Both the position numbers and the translations under genes were made by a program. 64,000 nucleotides of DNA. It comes from Thiobacillaceae bacterium (lineage in GTDB: Bacteria; Pseudomonadota; Gammaproteobacteria; Burkholderiales; Thiobacillaceae). How positions within the stretch are numbered: position 1 is the first letter of the stretch; each line of letters starts with the position of its first letter. The notes beneath the pieces were generated by a model, which made no database searches, was not told the origin of the DNA, and saw only the letters and a program-made list of their open reading frames with translations. Below, piece by piece: positions 38,857-48,318 of the stretch. The stretch spans positions 43,928 to 107,927 of the forward strand of contig JANLZE010000116.1 in NCBI GenBank assembly GCA_031366105.1. The letters run 5' to 3'.

Positions 38857-41800
38857 AAAGGGGGCTGAACCCCAGTCCCCCCAATATCCGGTTTTACCCG
38901 CCGATCACCTATCCCGACCTCCCCGTCGCCGCACGGCGAGAGGATATTCTTGCCGCGTTGGCCGCGCACCGCGTGCTGATTTTGTGTGGCGAAACGGGCT
39001 CGGGTAAAACCACGCAAATCCCCAAAATGTGTCTTGAAGCGGGCCTGCGCCCGGGCAAGCTGATCGGTTGCACACAGCCGCGGCGGATTGCCGCACGCAC
39101 TGTCGCCGCGCGCATCGCACAGGAGCTGGGCGGGGAATTGGGCGGTGTAGTCGGCTACAAGGTGCGCTTCACCGACAAGGTGCGCCACGACACCGCGATC
39201 AAAATCATGACCGACGGCATTTTGCTCGCCGAGAGCCAGGGCGATCCGCTGCTGTCGCGCTACGACACGATCATCATCGACGAGGCGCACGAGCGCAGCC
39301 TGAATATTGATTTTTTGCTGGGCTATTTGAAAGGGCTGGTCGAGCGGCGGTCTGACCTGCGGTTGGTGATTACTTCCGCGACCATCGACGCCGACCGGTT
39401 TTCCAAGCACTTCAACGATGCACCGGTGATTGAAGTCTCCGGGCGCACCTATCCGGTGGAAATGCGCTGGCGGCCGATTGAAAAAGAAGACGTCGCGGCC
39501 AACGCCAAACCCATCCCCGCGGCGCAAGCCAAAAAAGACGACGCGCTGGATTTGACCACGGCGATTCTAGATGCGACCGACGAACTCGCGCGGCTGGGCT
39601 CGGGCGATATCCTGGTGTTTTTGCCGGGCGAGCGCGAAATTCGCGACACCGCCGAAGCGCTACGCAAACACCATCCGCCCAGCACCGAAATCCTGCCGCT
39701 GTTCTCGCGTCTGTCGGTAGCGGAGCAGGACGCCATCTTCAAACCCTCGCACCAGCGTCGCATCGTGCTCGCGACCAACGTCGCCGAAACCTCGCTCACC
39801 GTGCCAGGCATTCGTTATGTTATCGACCCGGGCATCGCGCGGGTGAAACGCTATTCGGCACGAAATAAAGTCGAGCAATTGCTGAGCGAAAAAATTTCGC
39901 AGGCGTCTGCCAACCAACGCGCCGGGCGTTGCGGACGGGTGGCGGACGGCGTGTGTATCCGCTTGTACGACGAAGCCGATTACAACGCGCGTCCGCGCTT
40001 TACCGATCCCGAGTTGCTGCGTTCGTCGCTCGCCGGCGTGATTCTGCGGATGAAGTCATTGGGGCTGGGCGATGTCGTCGGCTTTCCGTTTATCGACCCG
40101 CCGAGCACGCGGTTGGTCAGTGACGGCTACCTGCTGCTGGCGGAGCTGCACGCGCTGGATGAAGCCGGACAGCTGACCGAGATCGGCAAAAAACTTGGTC
40201 AGCTGCCGCTTGACCCACGCATCGCGCGCATGCTGCTCGCCGCCGACAAACTGCGCTGCGTGAACGAAGTGCTGATCATCGCCAGCGCGTTGTCGGTGCA
40301 GGACCCACGCGACCGGCCGATGGAGCGCGCGCAGGCTGCAGACGAAAAGCATAAGTTGTTTAGTGATGAACGTTCCGACTTCATGGGTTGGCTGAAGTTG
40401 TGGCAATGGTACGAGGAACAGGTCAAACACAAAAAAACCAATCGCCAATTGCAGACGCTGATCCAGGACCATTTTTTGTCGCCGCGACGCATGCGCGAGT
40501 GGCGTGATATTTACAGCCAGCTGCACTCGCAGGTAAGCGAGATGGGGTTGCAAGAAAACGCCACCGCGGCGAACTACGATGCGGTTCATCAGGCGCTGTT
40601 GACTGGGTTGTTGGGGAATATCGGCTTTAAATCAGACGACATTAAAGCGCGGTCCAAACCCGGCGAAGGCAATTATCAGGGCGCGCGTGGCATCAAGTTA
40701 TCGATCCACCCCGGTTCGGCGCTGGCAAAGAAAGCACCCGCAAGGGGTACGCCGCCAGACGCTCGCCCTGCGGGCGGTCTTGGCGCAGCCCCGAAATGGA
40801 TCATGGCGGCCGAGTTGACCGACACCGGCCGCCTGCTGGCCCGCACCGTTGCTGAGATCCGCCCGGAGTGGATCGAGGCGGCGGGGCAGCATCTGCTGAG
40901 TCGTAGTTATGCTGAACCGCATTGGGAAAAAGACGGCGCGCGCGTGGTGGCGTATGAGCGCGTGAGTCTGTACGGCATTACGCTCGTGGCGCGTCGCAAG
41001 GTTAATTTTGGCACTATCGATCCGGTGCAGTCGCGGGAACTTTTCATACGCGGCGCGCTAGTGGCGGGCGAATATGACACGCGCGCGCCGTGGTTTGTGC
41101 ACAACCGCGTGTTAATTGCCGAGATTGAAGACCTCGAGCACAAAGCGCGCAAATCTGGAGTATGGCTGGACGAGGAGCGCATCTACTGCGTATTCGACGC
41201 ACGCATTCCCCCGGGTTTACACAATGGTGCTGCGTTTGAGAAATGGCGGACTGAGGCCGAGAAAAGTAAACCCGAAATTTTATTTCTGCAGCGCGAAGAT
41301 ATCCTCGGCGAAGGCCTGGGAGCCGACCACAACTTGTTTCCGGAAACGCTCACGGTGGACGGAGTGGTGTGTGCGTTTAAATACCGCTTCGAGCCAGGTC
41401 ACATGCTTGATGGCGTTAGCCTGCACCTACCGCTGTATTTGCTGAACCGGATCGAGGCCGCGCAGATTGACTGGCTGGTGCCAGGCTTGATACGCGAAAA
41501 AATCACGCTGCTGTTGAAGTCCTTGCCCAAGGAGAAGCGCCGCCCGCTGATTCCATTGCCGGATACGGTGACCGCGTTTCTGAGCCAAGCGAGGCCCAAC
41601 GAACTCGTGCTCACCACAGAGTTGGGCGCGTATATCCGCAACAAAACCAGCGCCGATATACGCACCGAGGATTGGAGCGGCGATCTGCCCGCGCACCTGC
41701 GGATGAATCTAGTCGTGGTGGACGACGCTGGGCAGGAACTGGCAAGTGGCCGCGATTTGAATGCGTTGCGTCAGCAATTGGGGGGCGCGGCGCGGATTAC

Positions 41801-42704
41801 CTACGGCGGCGGGGCTGAAGACAGTAGCTTTGAGCGCAGCGGATTGATCGCGTGGGATTTCGGCGATCTGCCCGAGCAGGTGAAGTTTAAGCGCGCTGGC
41901 CGGGAGCTGGTGGGCTTTCCCGCGCTGGTCGATAGCGGCGAAACCGTCGATTTGCGTTTGCTGGACGATGCGACGGTAGCCGCACAAGAAACGCAACGCG
42001 GCGTGGTGCGGCTGTTGCGCATTGCGCTTGCTACCCAATTTAAGCAGCTCGATAAAGACTTGTCGCGCGAGACCGCGTTGGCGTTGAAGTACCGCAGCCT
42101 CGGCGACGCTGACGGTTTGCGCCGCGAGTTGCTGGATGCGATTGCCGCGCGTGCATTATTGGGCGACGACGACATCCCGCGCAATCAACGAGTGTTCGAG
42201 CAACAAAAAGAGCGTGCCAAACCGCGTATTGCCGTTGTGCGCCAAACCTTGCTGCGCGATTTGGGCGAGATTCTGGACCTCACGGCCCAAGTGCACGCGA
42301 GACTTAATGCTAAACCGCAGTTCACCGCGGTGATGCGGGATGAACATAGCCATCTGACGGCACTGGTGTACCCAAGATTTATGACCCATACCCGTTGGCC
42401 GCACCTGCGTGAGATGCCGCGTTATCTCAAAGGCATTCTGAAGCGACTGGAAAAGTTGCCGGCCTCCGAACAGCGGGATGCGCGCAATATGGCCAGCGTA
42501 CTCACGTTGCAAAATCGCTACCTAACACGCAAAGAGCAACAAAAAATATCGCCGGGGATTGATGAAGCGTTGGAAGATTTTCGGTGGCAACTGGAAGAAC
42601 TACGCATTTCCTTGTTCGCGCAGGAGCTCAAGACGCCCTATGCCGTATCGGCCAAACGCCTGGAAAAAACCTGGGATGAGCTTGCCAGGCGGCCGCTAAA
42701 CTGA
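38838..42704 (+). CDS. hrpA: ATP-dependent RNA helicase HrpA
   Basis: GETGSGKTTQ, DEAH, SAT, QRAGRCGR, DUF3418-type C-terminus and EELRISLFAQEL. Confidence 0.96.
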   Translation: MGGSQVKRGLNPSPPNIRFYPPITYPDLPVAARREDILAALAAHRVLILCGETGSGKTTQIPKMCLEAGLRPGKLIGCTQPRRIAARTVAARIAQELGGELGGVVGYKVRFTDKVRHDTAIKIMTDGILLAESQGDPLLSRYDTIIIDEAHERSLNIDFLLGYLKGLVERRSDLRLVITSATIDADRFSKHFNDAPVIEVSGRTYPVEMRWRPIEKEDVAANAKPIPAAQAKKDDALDLTTAILDATDELARLGSGDILVFLPGEREIRDTAEALRKHHPPSTEILPLFSRLSVAEQDAIFKPSHQRRIVLATNVAETSLTVPGIRYVIDPGIARVKRYSARNKVEQLLSEKISQASANQRAGRCGRVADGVCIRLYDEADYNARPRFTDPELLRSSLAGVILRMKSLGLGDVVGFPFIDPPSTRLVSDGYLLLAELHALDEAGQLTEIGKKLGQLPLDPRIARMLLAADKLRCVNEVLIIASALSVQDPRDRPMERAQAADEKHKLFSDERSDFMGWLKLWQWYEEQVKHKKTNRQLQTLIQDHFLSPRRMREWRDIYSQLHSQVSEMGLQENATAANYDAVHQALLTGLLGNIGFKSDDIKARSKPGEGNYQGARGIKLSIHPGSALAKKAPARGTPPDARPAGGLGAAPKWIMAAELTDTGRLLARTVAEIRPEWIEAAGQHLLSRSYAEPHWEKDGARVVAYERVSLYGITLVARRKVNFGTIDPVQSRELFIRGALVAGEYDTRAPWFVHNRVLIAEIEDLEHKARKSGVWLDEERIYCVFDARIPPGLHNGAAFEKWRTEAEKSKPEILFLQREDILGEGLGADHNLFPETLTVDGVVCAFKYRFEPGHMLDGVSLHLPLYLLNRIEAAQIDWLVPGLIREKITLLLKSLPKEKRRPLIPLPDTVTAFLSQARPNELVLTTELGAYIRNKTSADIRTEDWSGDLPAHLRMNLVVVDDAGQELASGRDLNALRQQLGGAARITYGGGAEDSSFERSGLIAWDFGDLPEQVKFKRAGRELVGFPALVDSGETVDLRLLDDATVAAQETQRGVVRLLRIALATQFKQLDKDLSRETALALKYRSLGDADGLRRELLDAIAARALLGDDDIPRNQRVFEQQKERAKPRIAVVRQTLLRDLGEILDLTAQVHARLNAKPQFTAVMRDEHSHLTALVYPRFMTHTRWPHLREMPRYLKGILKRLEKLPASEQRDARNMASVLTLQNRYLTRKEQQKISPGIDEALEDFRWQLEELRISLFAQELKTPYAVSAKRLEKTWDELARRPLN
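40740..40793. repeat. 54-nt palindromic in-frame insertion inside hrpA
   Basis: Adds ARGTPPDARPAGGLGAAP between KKAP and KW. The DNA folds as CCC-GCAA-GGG plus a nested CGCCAGAC..CGCCC-TGC-GGGCG..GTCT(T)GGCG hairpin. Confidence 0.55.
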
Positions 42705-42716
42705 GAATGTTGCGGG

Positions 42717-43280
42717 ATGCATGAACGCATAGTGAATCTTCCCAACGCCATTACCTTGTTGCGATTGCTCGCCGCCCCGATCGTCGTGTGGCTGATATGG
42801 CAAACGCAGTGGACGGCTGCCTGCTGGCTATTCCTGGTTGCGGCACTCTCGGATGGCATCGACGGTTATCTCGCACGGCGACTTAAGCAAACCACGGCGT
42901 TGGGGGCAGCACTGGATGCCGTCACCGATAAAATATTGGGCTTGGCCACGCTGGTGATGCTGACGCGCATGAGTGCGATTCCGTTCTGGGTCACGCTCAC
43001 GATACTGCTGCGCGATGGTGTGATTGTGCTCGGCGCGCTCAGCTACCGCAGCCTCGCCGGTCATCTGGAAATACAACCGACCTGGTTAGGCAAACTGTAT
43101 ATTCTGATGGAGTTTGTGTTGCTGGTGGGTGTACTGGCAGACAAAGCGCGAATCATTCAGCTCGGGACCTGGCAGTCGCCGTTATTCATGCTGGTATTCG
43201 CGATTGCCGCGGTATCCGGGATTCAGTACGTATGGATATGGAGTGCAAAAGCGCGTGGGCCCCACGAGCCTACGCAGTAA
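42717..43280 (+). CDS. CDP-alcohol phosphatidyltransferase (PgsA-like)
   Basis: NLPNAIT..R and the D-x2-DG-x2-AR-x8-G-x3-D-x3-D signature. Confidence 0.9.
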   Translation: MHERIVNLPNAITLLRLLAAPIVVWLIWQTQWTAACWLFLVAALSDGIDGYLARRLKQTTALGAALDAVTDKILGLATLVMLTRMSAIPFWVTLTILLRDGVIVLGALSYRSLAGHLEIQPTWLGKLYILMEFVLLVGVLADKARIIQLGTWQSPLFMLVFAIAAVSGIQYVWIWSAKARGPHEPTQ

Positions 43281-44475
43281 ATACCAGGGGGGTTTGCCGG
43301 TCGGATACGCTGCCGCTTTTTATCCGGTACATCGCCGCATCCGCTGCACGGATTAAGGCGTCTTCATTATCGCCATCATCTGGAAATAACGCTTGCCCAA
43401 TACTGGCAGTGATATCTACCGGCAAGCCATAGAAGCTGCTGTCCTCGGCGAGCGTTCGCTCGATATTGACCGCGGCGGCAATGCAGTCTTCACGCCCGCT
43501 CACATTCGCCAATAGCACCACAAACTCGTCGCCGCCCAGACGCGCGATGGAGTCAGACTCGCGCACGCTTCGCGAAAGCCGCCTCGCCACTTCGGTCAAT
43601 ACCGCGTCGCCCACATGATGCCCGTGTATATCGTTAATTTCCTTGAAGCGATCCAGGTCTAAAAACAATACGCCCACTTTGCAGTTATAGCGCCGGGCGT
43701 GATGGATGGCTTTTTGCAGGCGATCATAAAACAGGCGGCGATTCGCTAAACCGGTGAGAGGGTCTTGTGAAGCCTCTTGTTTAAGTGCTGCACGCGAGGC
43801 TTCGAGTTCAACAAATTGTGCCTCAATCTGACGTGATATTTGTGCCAGCCGCAGCCAGGTCAGCCAGCCCACGATCGCACCCAGCAACCCAGCAACGATG
43901 CCCAGTGCTAAAGTCAAGCGACGCGCATACGCATAACGCTTACTGGCAAAAATTTGGGTGCGCAAGGTTTCGTTTTGAAAGCGCGTGCGCATTTGCGCCA
44001 ACTCCTGGTTATAGATTCTTTGCAACGGAATCACTTGGTGCTCCAGTGACGCGTATGCCTCGTGTATTGAGCCACGTGTCAACAAATCGGCGATGTCTTC
44101 CTGAAGCCCACGGATTCTCTCAACCAACTGCGTTTGTCGATCAAACTGGGCTCGCTCTTCCCGGGTCAGGCCTAGTTGCCTGAATTCATTTCGGCCATTG
44201 CCCACTAAATATCCGGCATGATTAAATTCCAGATAAATGGCATCTCGCTCGAACGGGTCTCGCGTAAGGGCCATTCGGAGCAGGCTCTCAGTGCGTTGAT
44301 GGGCTGCCACCTGGATTTGGATAATCAAACCGACCTTGCGATTTTGCGCCTGCACGTCGGCGTTGAGTTGGCGATGCTGTTGCAACTGAATAATGCTGTT
44401 GACCGCTAGCACAATGATCAAAGTGACTAACGCGAAGAAAGCCGCGCCCACTGCAATCAGAGAAGTGCGCCGCAT
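43270..44475 (-). CDS. Membrane diguanylate cyclase (periplasmic helical sensor plus GGDEF)
   Basis: Two TM segments, DPLTGLANR, DLDRFKEIND..GH..GD, RESD I-site and GGDEF. Confidence 0.93.
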   Translation of the reverse strand: MRRTSLIAVGAAFFALVTLIIVLAVNSIIQLQQHRQLNADVQAQNRKVGLIIQIQVAAHQRTESLLRMALTRDPFERDAIYLEFNHAGYLVGNGRNEFRQLGLTREERAQFDRQTQLVERIRGLQEDIADLLTRGSIHEAYASLEHQVIPLQRIYNQELAQMRTRFQNETLRTQIFASKRYAYARRLTLALGIVAGLLGAIVGWLTWLRLAQISRQIEAQFVELEASRAALKQEASQDPLTGLANRRLFYDRLQKAIHHARRYNCKVGVLFLDLDRFKEINDIHGHHVGDAVLTEVARRLSRSVRESDSIARLGGDEFVVLLANVSGREDCIAAAVNIERTLAEDSSFYGLPVDITASIGQALFPDDGDNEDALIRAADAAMYRIKSGSVSDRQTPLVFTA

Positions 44476-44521
44476 AGCGAGGCGCGGGATTAGCAAAGAG
44501 TTTCCATTTGCTTGTTATAGC

Positions 44522-45088
44522 TCACTTATGGGGCTCGGACAAACCCGCCGGTAGCTGCTGGTTTTGCAACTCCTTCAATGCCTGAGCGACTTCTGTAACA
44601 TGGCGCGTGGGATTTACGTGCCGGTAGACACGCCCAATGCGCCCCTCTGGCGTCACAATAAAAGTCTGACGACGCGCCACCCGCAAGGGGCCCAGTTGGA
44701 ACAATGCGCCATAGGCAGCGGCCGTATGCCCCTGGGGGTCGGACAGTAACGGAAAGGGAAGATGATAGCGAGTCGCAAACCGCGCGTGTGAGGCGGTGTC
44801 GTCCACGCTGATCCCGATTATTTCGGCATTTAATGCGCGCAAATTGTGGATGTCATCGCGAAAGTTACAGGCTTCGCGGGTACAGCCCGGTGTATCGTCC
44901 TTGGGATAAAAATAAAGTACCAGCCAGCGTCCCCGATACTCCGCCAATTGGTGAAGGGTAGTTTGTTGATCATTGAGGTGAAATTCGGGTGCGGTATTGC
45001 CTTCAACCAGGCGGGGCGTGATACGCAACCAGCGCCAAGCCAGTAACCCCACTATGATTAAAGCTAGTATCAGCGCGCCCCATTTCAT
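44522..45088 (-). CDS. bcp: Peroxiredoxin BCP/PrxQ with N-terminal membrane anchor
   Basis: YFYPKDDTPGCTREAC motif. N-terminal hydrophobic helix. Confidence 0.88.
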   Translation of the reverse strand: MKWGALILALIIVGLLAWRWLRITPRLVEGNTAPEFHLNDQQTTLHQLAEYRGRWLVLYFYPKDDTPGCTREACNFRDDIHNLRALNAEIIGISVDDTASHARFATRYHLPFPLLSDPQGHTAAAYGALFQLGPLRVARRQTFIVTPEGRIGRVYRHVNPTRHVTEVAQALKELQNQQLPAGLSEPHK

Positions 45089-45171
45089 ATTATCCCTATT
45101 CAACAACTACACCCCCCTATGAGTGCAATTAGTAAGCGACTCGCTTAGGGTTTAGGTAGAATGCCCGCCTC

Positions 45172-45247
45172 GCCCCGGTAGCTCAGTGGATAGAGCAATC
45201 CCCTCCTAAGGGATAGGCCACACGTTCGATTCGTGTTCGGGGCGCCA
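45172..45247 (+). tRNA. tRNA-Arg (anticodon CCT)
   Basis: Full cloverleaf: acceptor GCCCCGG/TCGGGGC, D arm GCTC/GAGC, anticodon arm ATCCC-CTCCTAA-GGGAT, T loop TTCGATT, encoded CCA. Confidence 0.97.
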
Positions 45248-45286
45248 GTCTTAGCGGGCTATTTTTAATACAACAGCAGATAACAA

Positions 45287-45814
45287 TTAATCGTCGTTTG
45301 TTTTAATGCAAGCTTTGCCGCTCAGCGTGAAATTGTTCAGATTTTTAGTCGGGCATGCACTTACAGTGCCTACTGCGGTGATGTTTACAGCGCCGGTTTT
45401 AAAAATGCCCGTCGCCGACGATATCTGGGTAATTTTTTCGATGACATTAAACGCACAGGGCACTCCGGCTGCATCTACTGCCACCACTCCGGTAATTTGT
45501 GCCACGTCATTTTTGGTCGTAAAGGATTGCGCATCGCTGAATACGGCGGTGTGGCTCAGTGTGTTCATGCCAGTGGCCGGATTCGAAGTAAGCACAGTGC
45601 CTAATATGGCCCCGCATTGGTCAAATACGTCCTTGCCATTGGCGCCCGTCAGCGTAATGCAAATCTGGCCAGCTTGACGCGTGGGCGAGGTATTGATCGT
45701 GGTAAGACGGCCACTGACGTTTACCAGTGAGCCGCCATCGCATATCGAATCGGCATGAGCAAAAATAGGTAAAACAAAAATGGCGCCAGACGCCAAGATG
45801 TGAGAGATACGCAT
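45287..45814 (-). CDS. Secreted beta-rich hypothetical protein with six Cys
   Basis: Sec signal ending AHA. Mature chain is Thr/Gly/Val-rich with 6 Cys. No family recognised. Confidence 0.75.
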   Translation of the reverse strand: MRISHILASGAIFVLPIFAHADSICDGGSLVNVSGRLTTINTSPTRQAGQICITLTGANGKDVFDQCGAILGTVLTSNPATGMNTLSHTAVFSDAQSFTTKNDVAQITGVVAVDAAGVPCAFNVIEKITQISSATGIFKTGAVNITAVGTVSACPTKNLNNFTLSGKACIKTNDD

Positions 45815-45927
45815 GTTAAATCCTCTAAATTAGTGTAATTGGGCAGTTTTTACCGACGTACCGCATTTCGGCATCGGTAAGATATAGGATTGTTTGCGCA
45901 ATGTCTGTCGGTGATAGACATAAATTT

Positions 45928-46779
45928 TCACAATTGGGACGTTTTGAAGGTATCGCATTGTTCGGGATCGCCAGCCTTCATGCCGGTTGAAAACCAGCGC
46001 ATGCGTTGTTCCGAACTCCCGTGCGTAAACGACTCGGGAACGACATAACCGCGCGCTTGTTTTTGGAGTCTGTCATCGCCCACGCCTGAGGCGGCGGCGA
46101 GCGCTTCTTCCATGTCGCCGGGTTCCAGTATCTGACGCGTTTGGTTGGCGTGGTAAGCCCATACCCCGGCGTAACAATCAGCCTGCAATTCCATCCGGAC
46201 TTGGAGTTGATTGGCTTGTCGCTCTCCACCGCGTTGACGAGCCGTATTGACCTTTTCGGCGATGCCTAACAGGTTTTGCACATGGTGCCCCACTTCGTGC
46301 GCCACGACATAAGCCTGCGCAAAATCACCCGGTGCGCCCAGGCGTTTGGATAGCTCGGTGAAAAAGCTCATGTCCAAATAAAGCTTGTGGTCACCCGGAC
46401 AATAAAATGGACCCATCGCGGCTTCAGCATAACCGCAGGCAGATTGCACCGCGCCCGAAAACAGTACCAGTTTAGGTTGCTCGTAAGTCTTGCCGCCATT
46501 TCGGAATAAGGTGCCCCACACCTCCTCGGTAGACGCTAGCACCACTGACATGAACTCCTTCAGGTGTTCCTCTTCAGGACTGAAGTGGGTCTGGGTTTGT
46601 TGCTGCCCAGGTGCCAGCGTATTAGTCTGATTCAGGATGACCGAAGGATCCACACCGAAATACATCGCAATCAATGCAATCACAATGGTGCCGATGCCGC
46701 CGCCCGCCAGACCGCGTCCGCTCACGCCCATCCCGCGTCGGTCTTCAATATTGTCGCTACGCTCGCTTCCCCAACGCAT
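45928..46779 (-). CDS. ypfJ: Neutral zinc metallopeptidase (YpfJ-like)
   Basis: S.NIEDRRG, GPFYCPGD, HEVGHHVQ, ELQADCYAG and THGSSEQR motifs. Confidence 0.9.
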   Translation of the reverse strand: MRWGSERSDNIEDRRGMGVSGRGLAGGGIGTIVIALIAMYFGVDPSVILNQTNTLAPGQQQTQTHFSPEEEHLKEFMSVVLASTEEVWGTLFRNGGKTYEQPKLVLFSGAVQSACGYAEAAMGPFYCPGDHKLYLDMSFFTELSKRLGAPGDFAQAYVVAHEVGHHVQNLLGIAEKVNTARQRGGERQANQLQVRMELQADCYAGVWAYHANQTRQILEPGDMEEALAAASGVGDDRLQKQARGYVVPESFTHGSSEQRMRWFSTGMKAGDPEQCDTFKTSQL

Positions 46780-46789
46780 GTGTTTCTCC

Positions 46790-48271
46790 TTAACGTTTAT
46801 TACCGAATAGACTGCCCATGACACCCCGAATAATTGACCGTCCCACCTGGCTGCCAATCGCGCGTGCGGCGGATTTTGCCAAGGCTTCGGCTACCCCTTC
46901 TCGTTGTCCGCCACGCCCGCCCAGCATATCGCCCAATATACCGCCTAAGCCGCCACTGTTCTGGGTTGTGTGGTTTGTGGCAGCTTCGGCAGACTTTACC
47001 GCACGGCTTTTCAAAATCTCGTATGCTGATTCGCGATCAATTTGTTTTTCATAATGTCCCGCGATCAGCGAATTCTGAATTAGCGCGGTGCGTTGGGCAA
47101 GCGTAATAGGTCCCAGCTGCGCTTGCGGCGGCAGGATGAATACGCGCTCGGTGATGCTCGGTTTTCCCTTTGCATCCAGCATCGACACCAGTGCTTCGCC
47201 CACGCCCATATCCATGATCGCCGCCATCTCATCCAGAGAGGCGTTATCGCGCATGGTGTCTGCCGATGCACGAACGGCTTTCTGATCGCGCGGGGTAAAT
47301 GCGCGTAACGCGTGCTGAACGCGGTTGCCCAACTGGGCGGCGATTTTGTCGGGGATATCGGCTGGGTTCTGCGTCACAAAAAACACTCCCACCCCACGTG
47401 AGCGGATTAGCCGCACCACTTGCTCGATTTTTTCGATCAATGCCGGGGGGGCATCGTCAAACAGCAAGTGCGCTTCGTCGAAGAAGAACACTAACTTGGG
47501 TTTATCCAGATCGCCCACCTCGGGTAGCGTTTCAAAGAGTTCCGATAACAGCCATAACAGCAGCGAGCCGTATACCTTGGGTGAATTCATTAACCTGTCG
47601 GCAGCCAGAATGTTGACGACGCCACGTCCGTTATCGGTCTGCATCAAGTCCGCGATATTCAGCATGGGTTCGCCGAATAGTTTCTCGCCGCCCTGTGATT
47701 CGAGCGTAAGTAGCCCCCGTTGAATCGCACCAATCGATGCCGCTGAAATATTGCCGTAGGCGGTGATGTAATCGCCTGCGTGGTCGCCCACAAATTGCAG
47801 CATCCCGCGCAAGTCTTTCAAATCGAGCAATAACAGCCCGCTGTCATCGGCCACTTTAAATACCAGATGCAGCACACCGCTTTGCGTTTCGTTCAGGTTT
47901 AACATGCGCGCCAGCAATAGTGGGCCCATATCTGAAATGGTGGCGCGGATCGGATGACCTTGTTCGCCCCACACATCCCAGCAAGTGACCGGATAGGCAG
48001 TGGGTTTAAAGTCGGTCAACTTCAGTTGCGCAACGCGTTCGTCTACTTTGGCGTTACCTTGGCCGACTTGCGAAATGCCAGATAGATCGCCCTTAACATC
48101 CGCCATAAAACACGGCACGCCTATCCCTGAAAAATGCTCAGCCATAACTTGTAAGCTCACGGTTTTGCCGGTGCCGGTTGCACCGGTAATCAGCCCGTGG
48201 CGATTAGCCATTTGCGGCAATAAAAAAACTTCGGTTTGATCGTTTTTGCCGATCATGAGGGCTTCGGGCAT
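46790..48271 (-). CDS. yjgR: DUF853/HerA-like ATPase (YjgR-like)
   Basis: [33 protein letters not shown] and [14 protein letters not shown] motifs. Confidence 0.88.
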   Translation of the reverse strand: MPEALMIGKNDQTEVFLLPQMANRHGLITGATGTGKTVSLQVMAEHFSGIGVPCFMADVKGDLSGISQVGQGNAKVDERVAQLKLTDFKPTAYPVTCWDVWGEQGHPIRATISDMGPLLLARMLNLNETQSGVLHLVFKVADDSGLLLLDLKDLRGMLQFVGDHAGDYITAYGNISAASIGAIQRGLLTLESQGGEKLFGEPMLNIADLMQTDNGRGVVNILAADRLMNSPKVYGSLLLWLLSELFETLPEVGDLDKPKLVFFFDEAHLLFDDAPPALIEKIEQVVRLIRSRGVGVFFVTQNPADIPDKIAAQLGNRVQHALRAFTPRDQKAVRASADTMRDNASLDEMAAIMDMGVGEALVSMLDAKGKPSITERVFILPPQAQLGPITLAQRTALIQNSLIAGHYEKQIDRESAYEILKSRAVKSAEAATNHTTQNSGGLGGILGDMLGGRGGQREGVAEALAKSAARAIGSQVGRSIIRGVMGSLFGNKR

Positions 48272-48318
48272 TTAATACTCCTGGGTCGAATCGATAGCGT
48301 AGTAGCTTGCTGCCGGAA

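Noticed and set aside
45230-45930. Integrative element or prophage at tRNA-Arg
   Set aside because: No integrase and no duplicated tRNA 3' end (attR) seen. Kept only as a one-gene islet.
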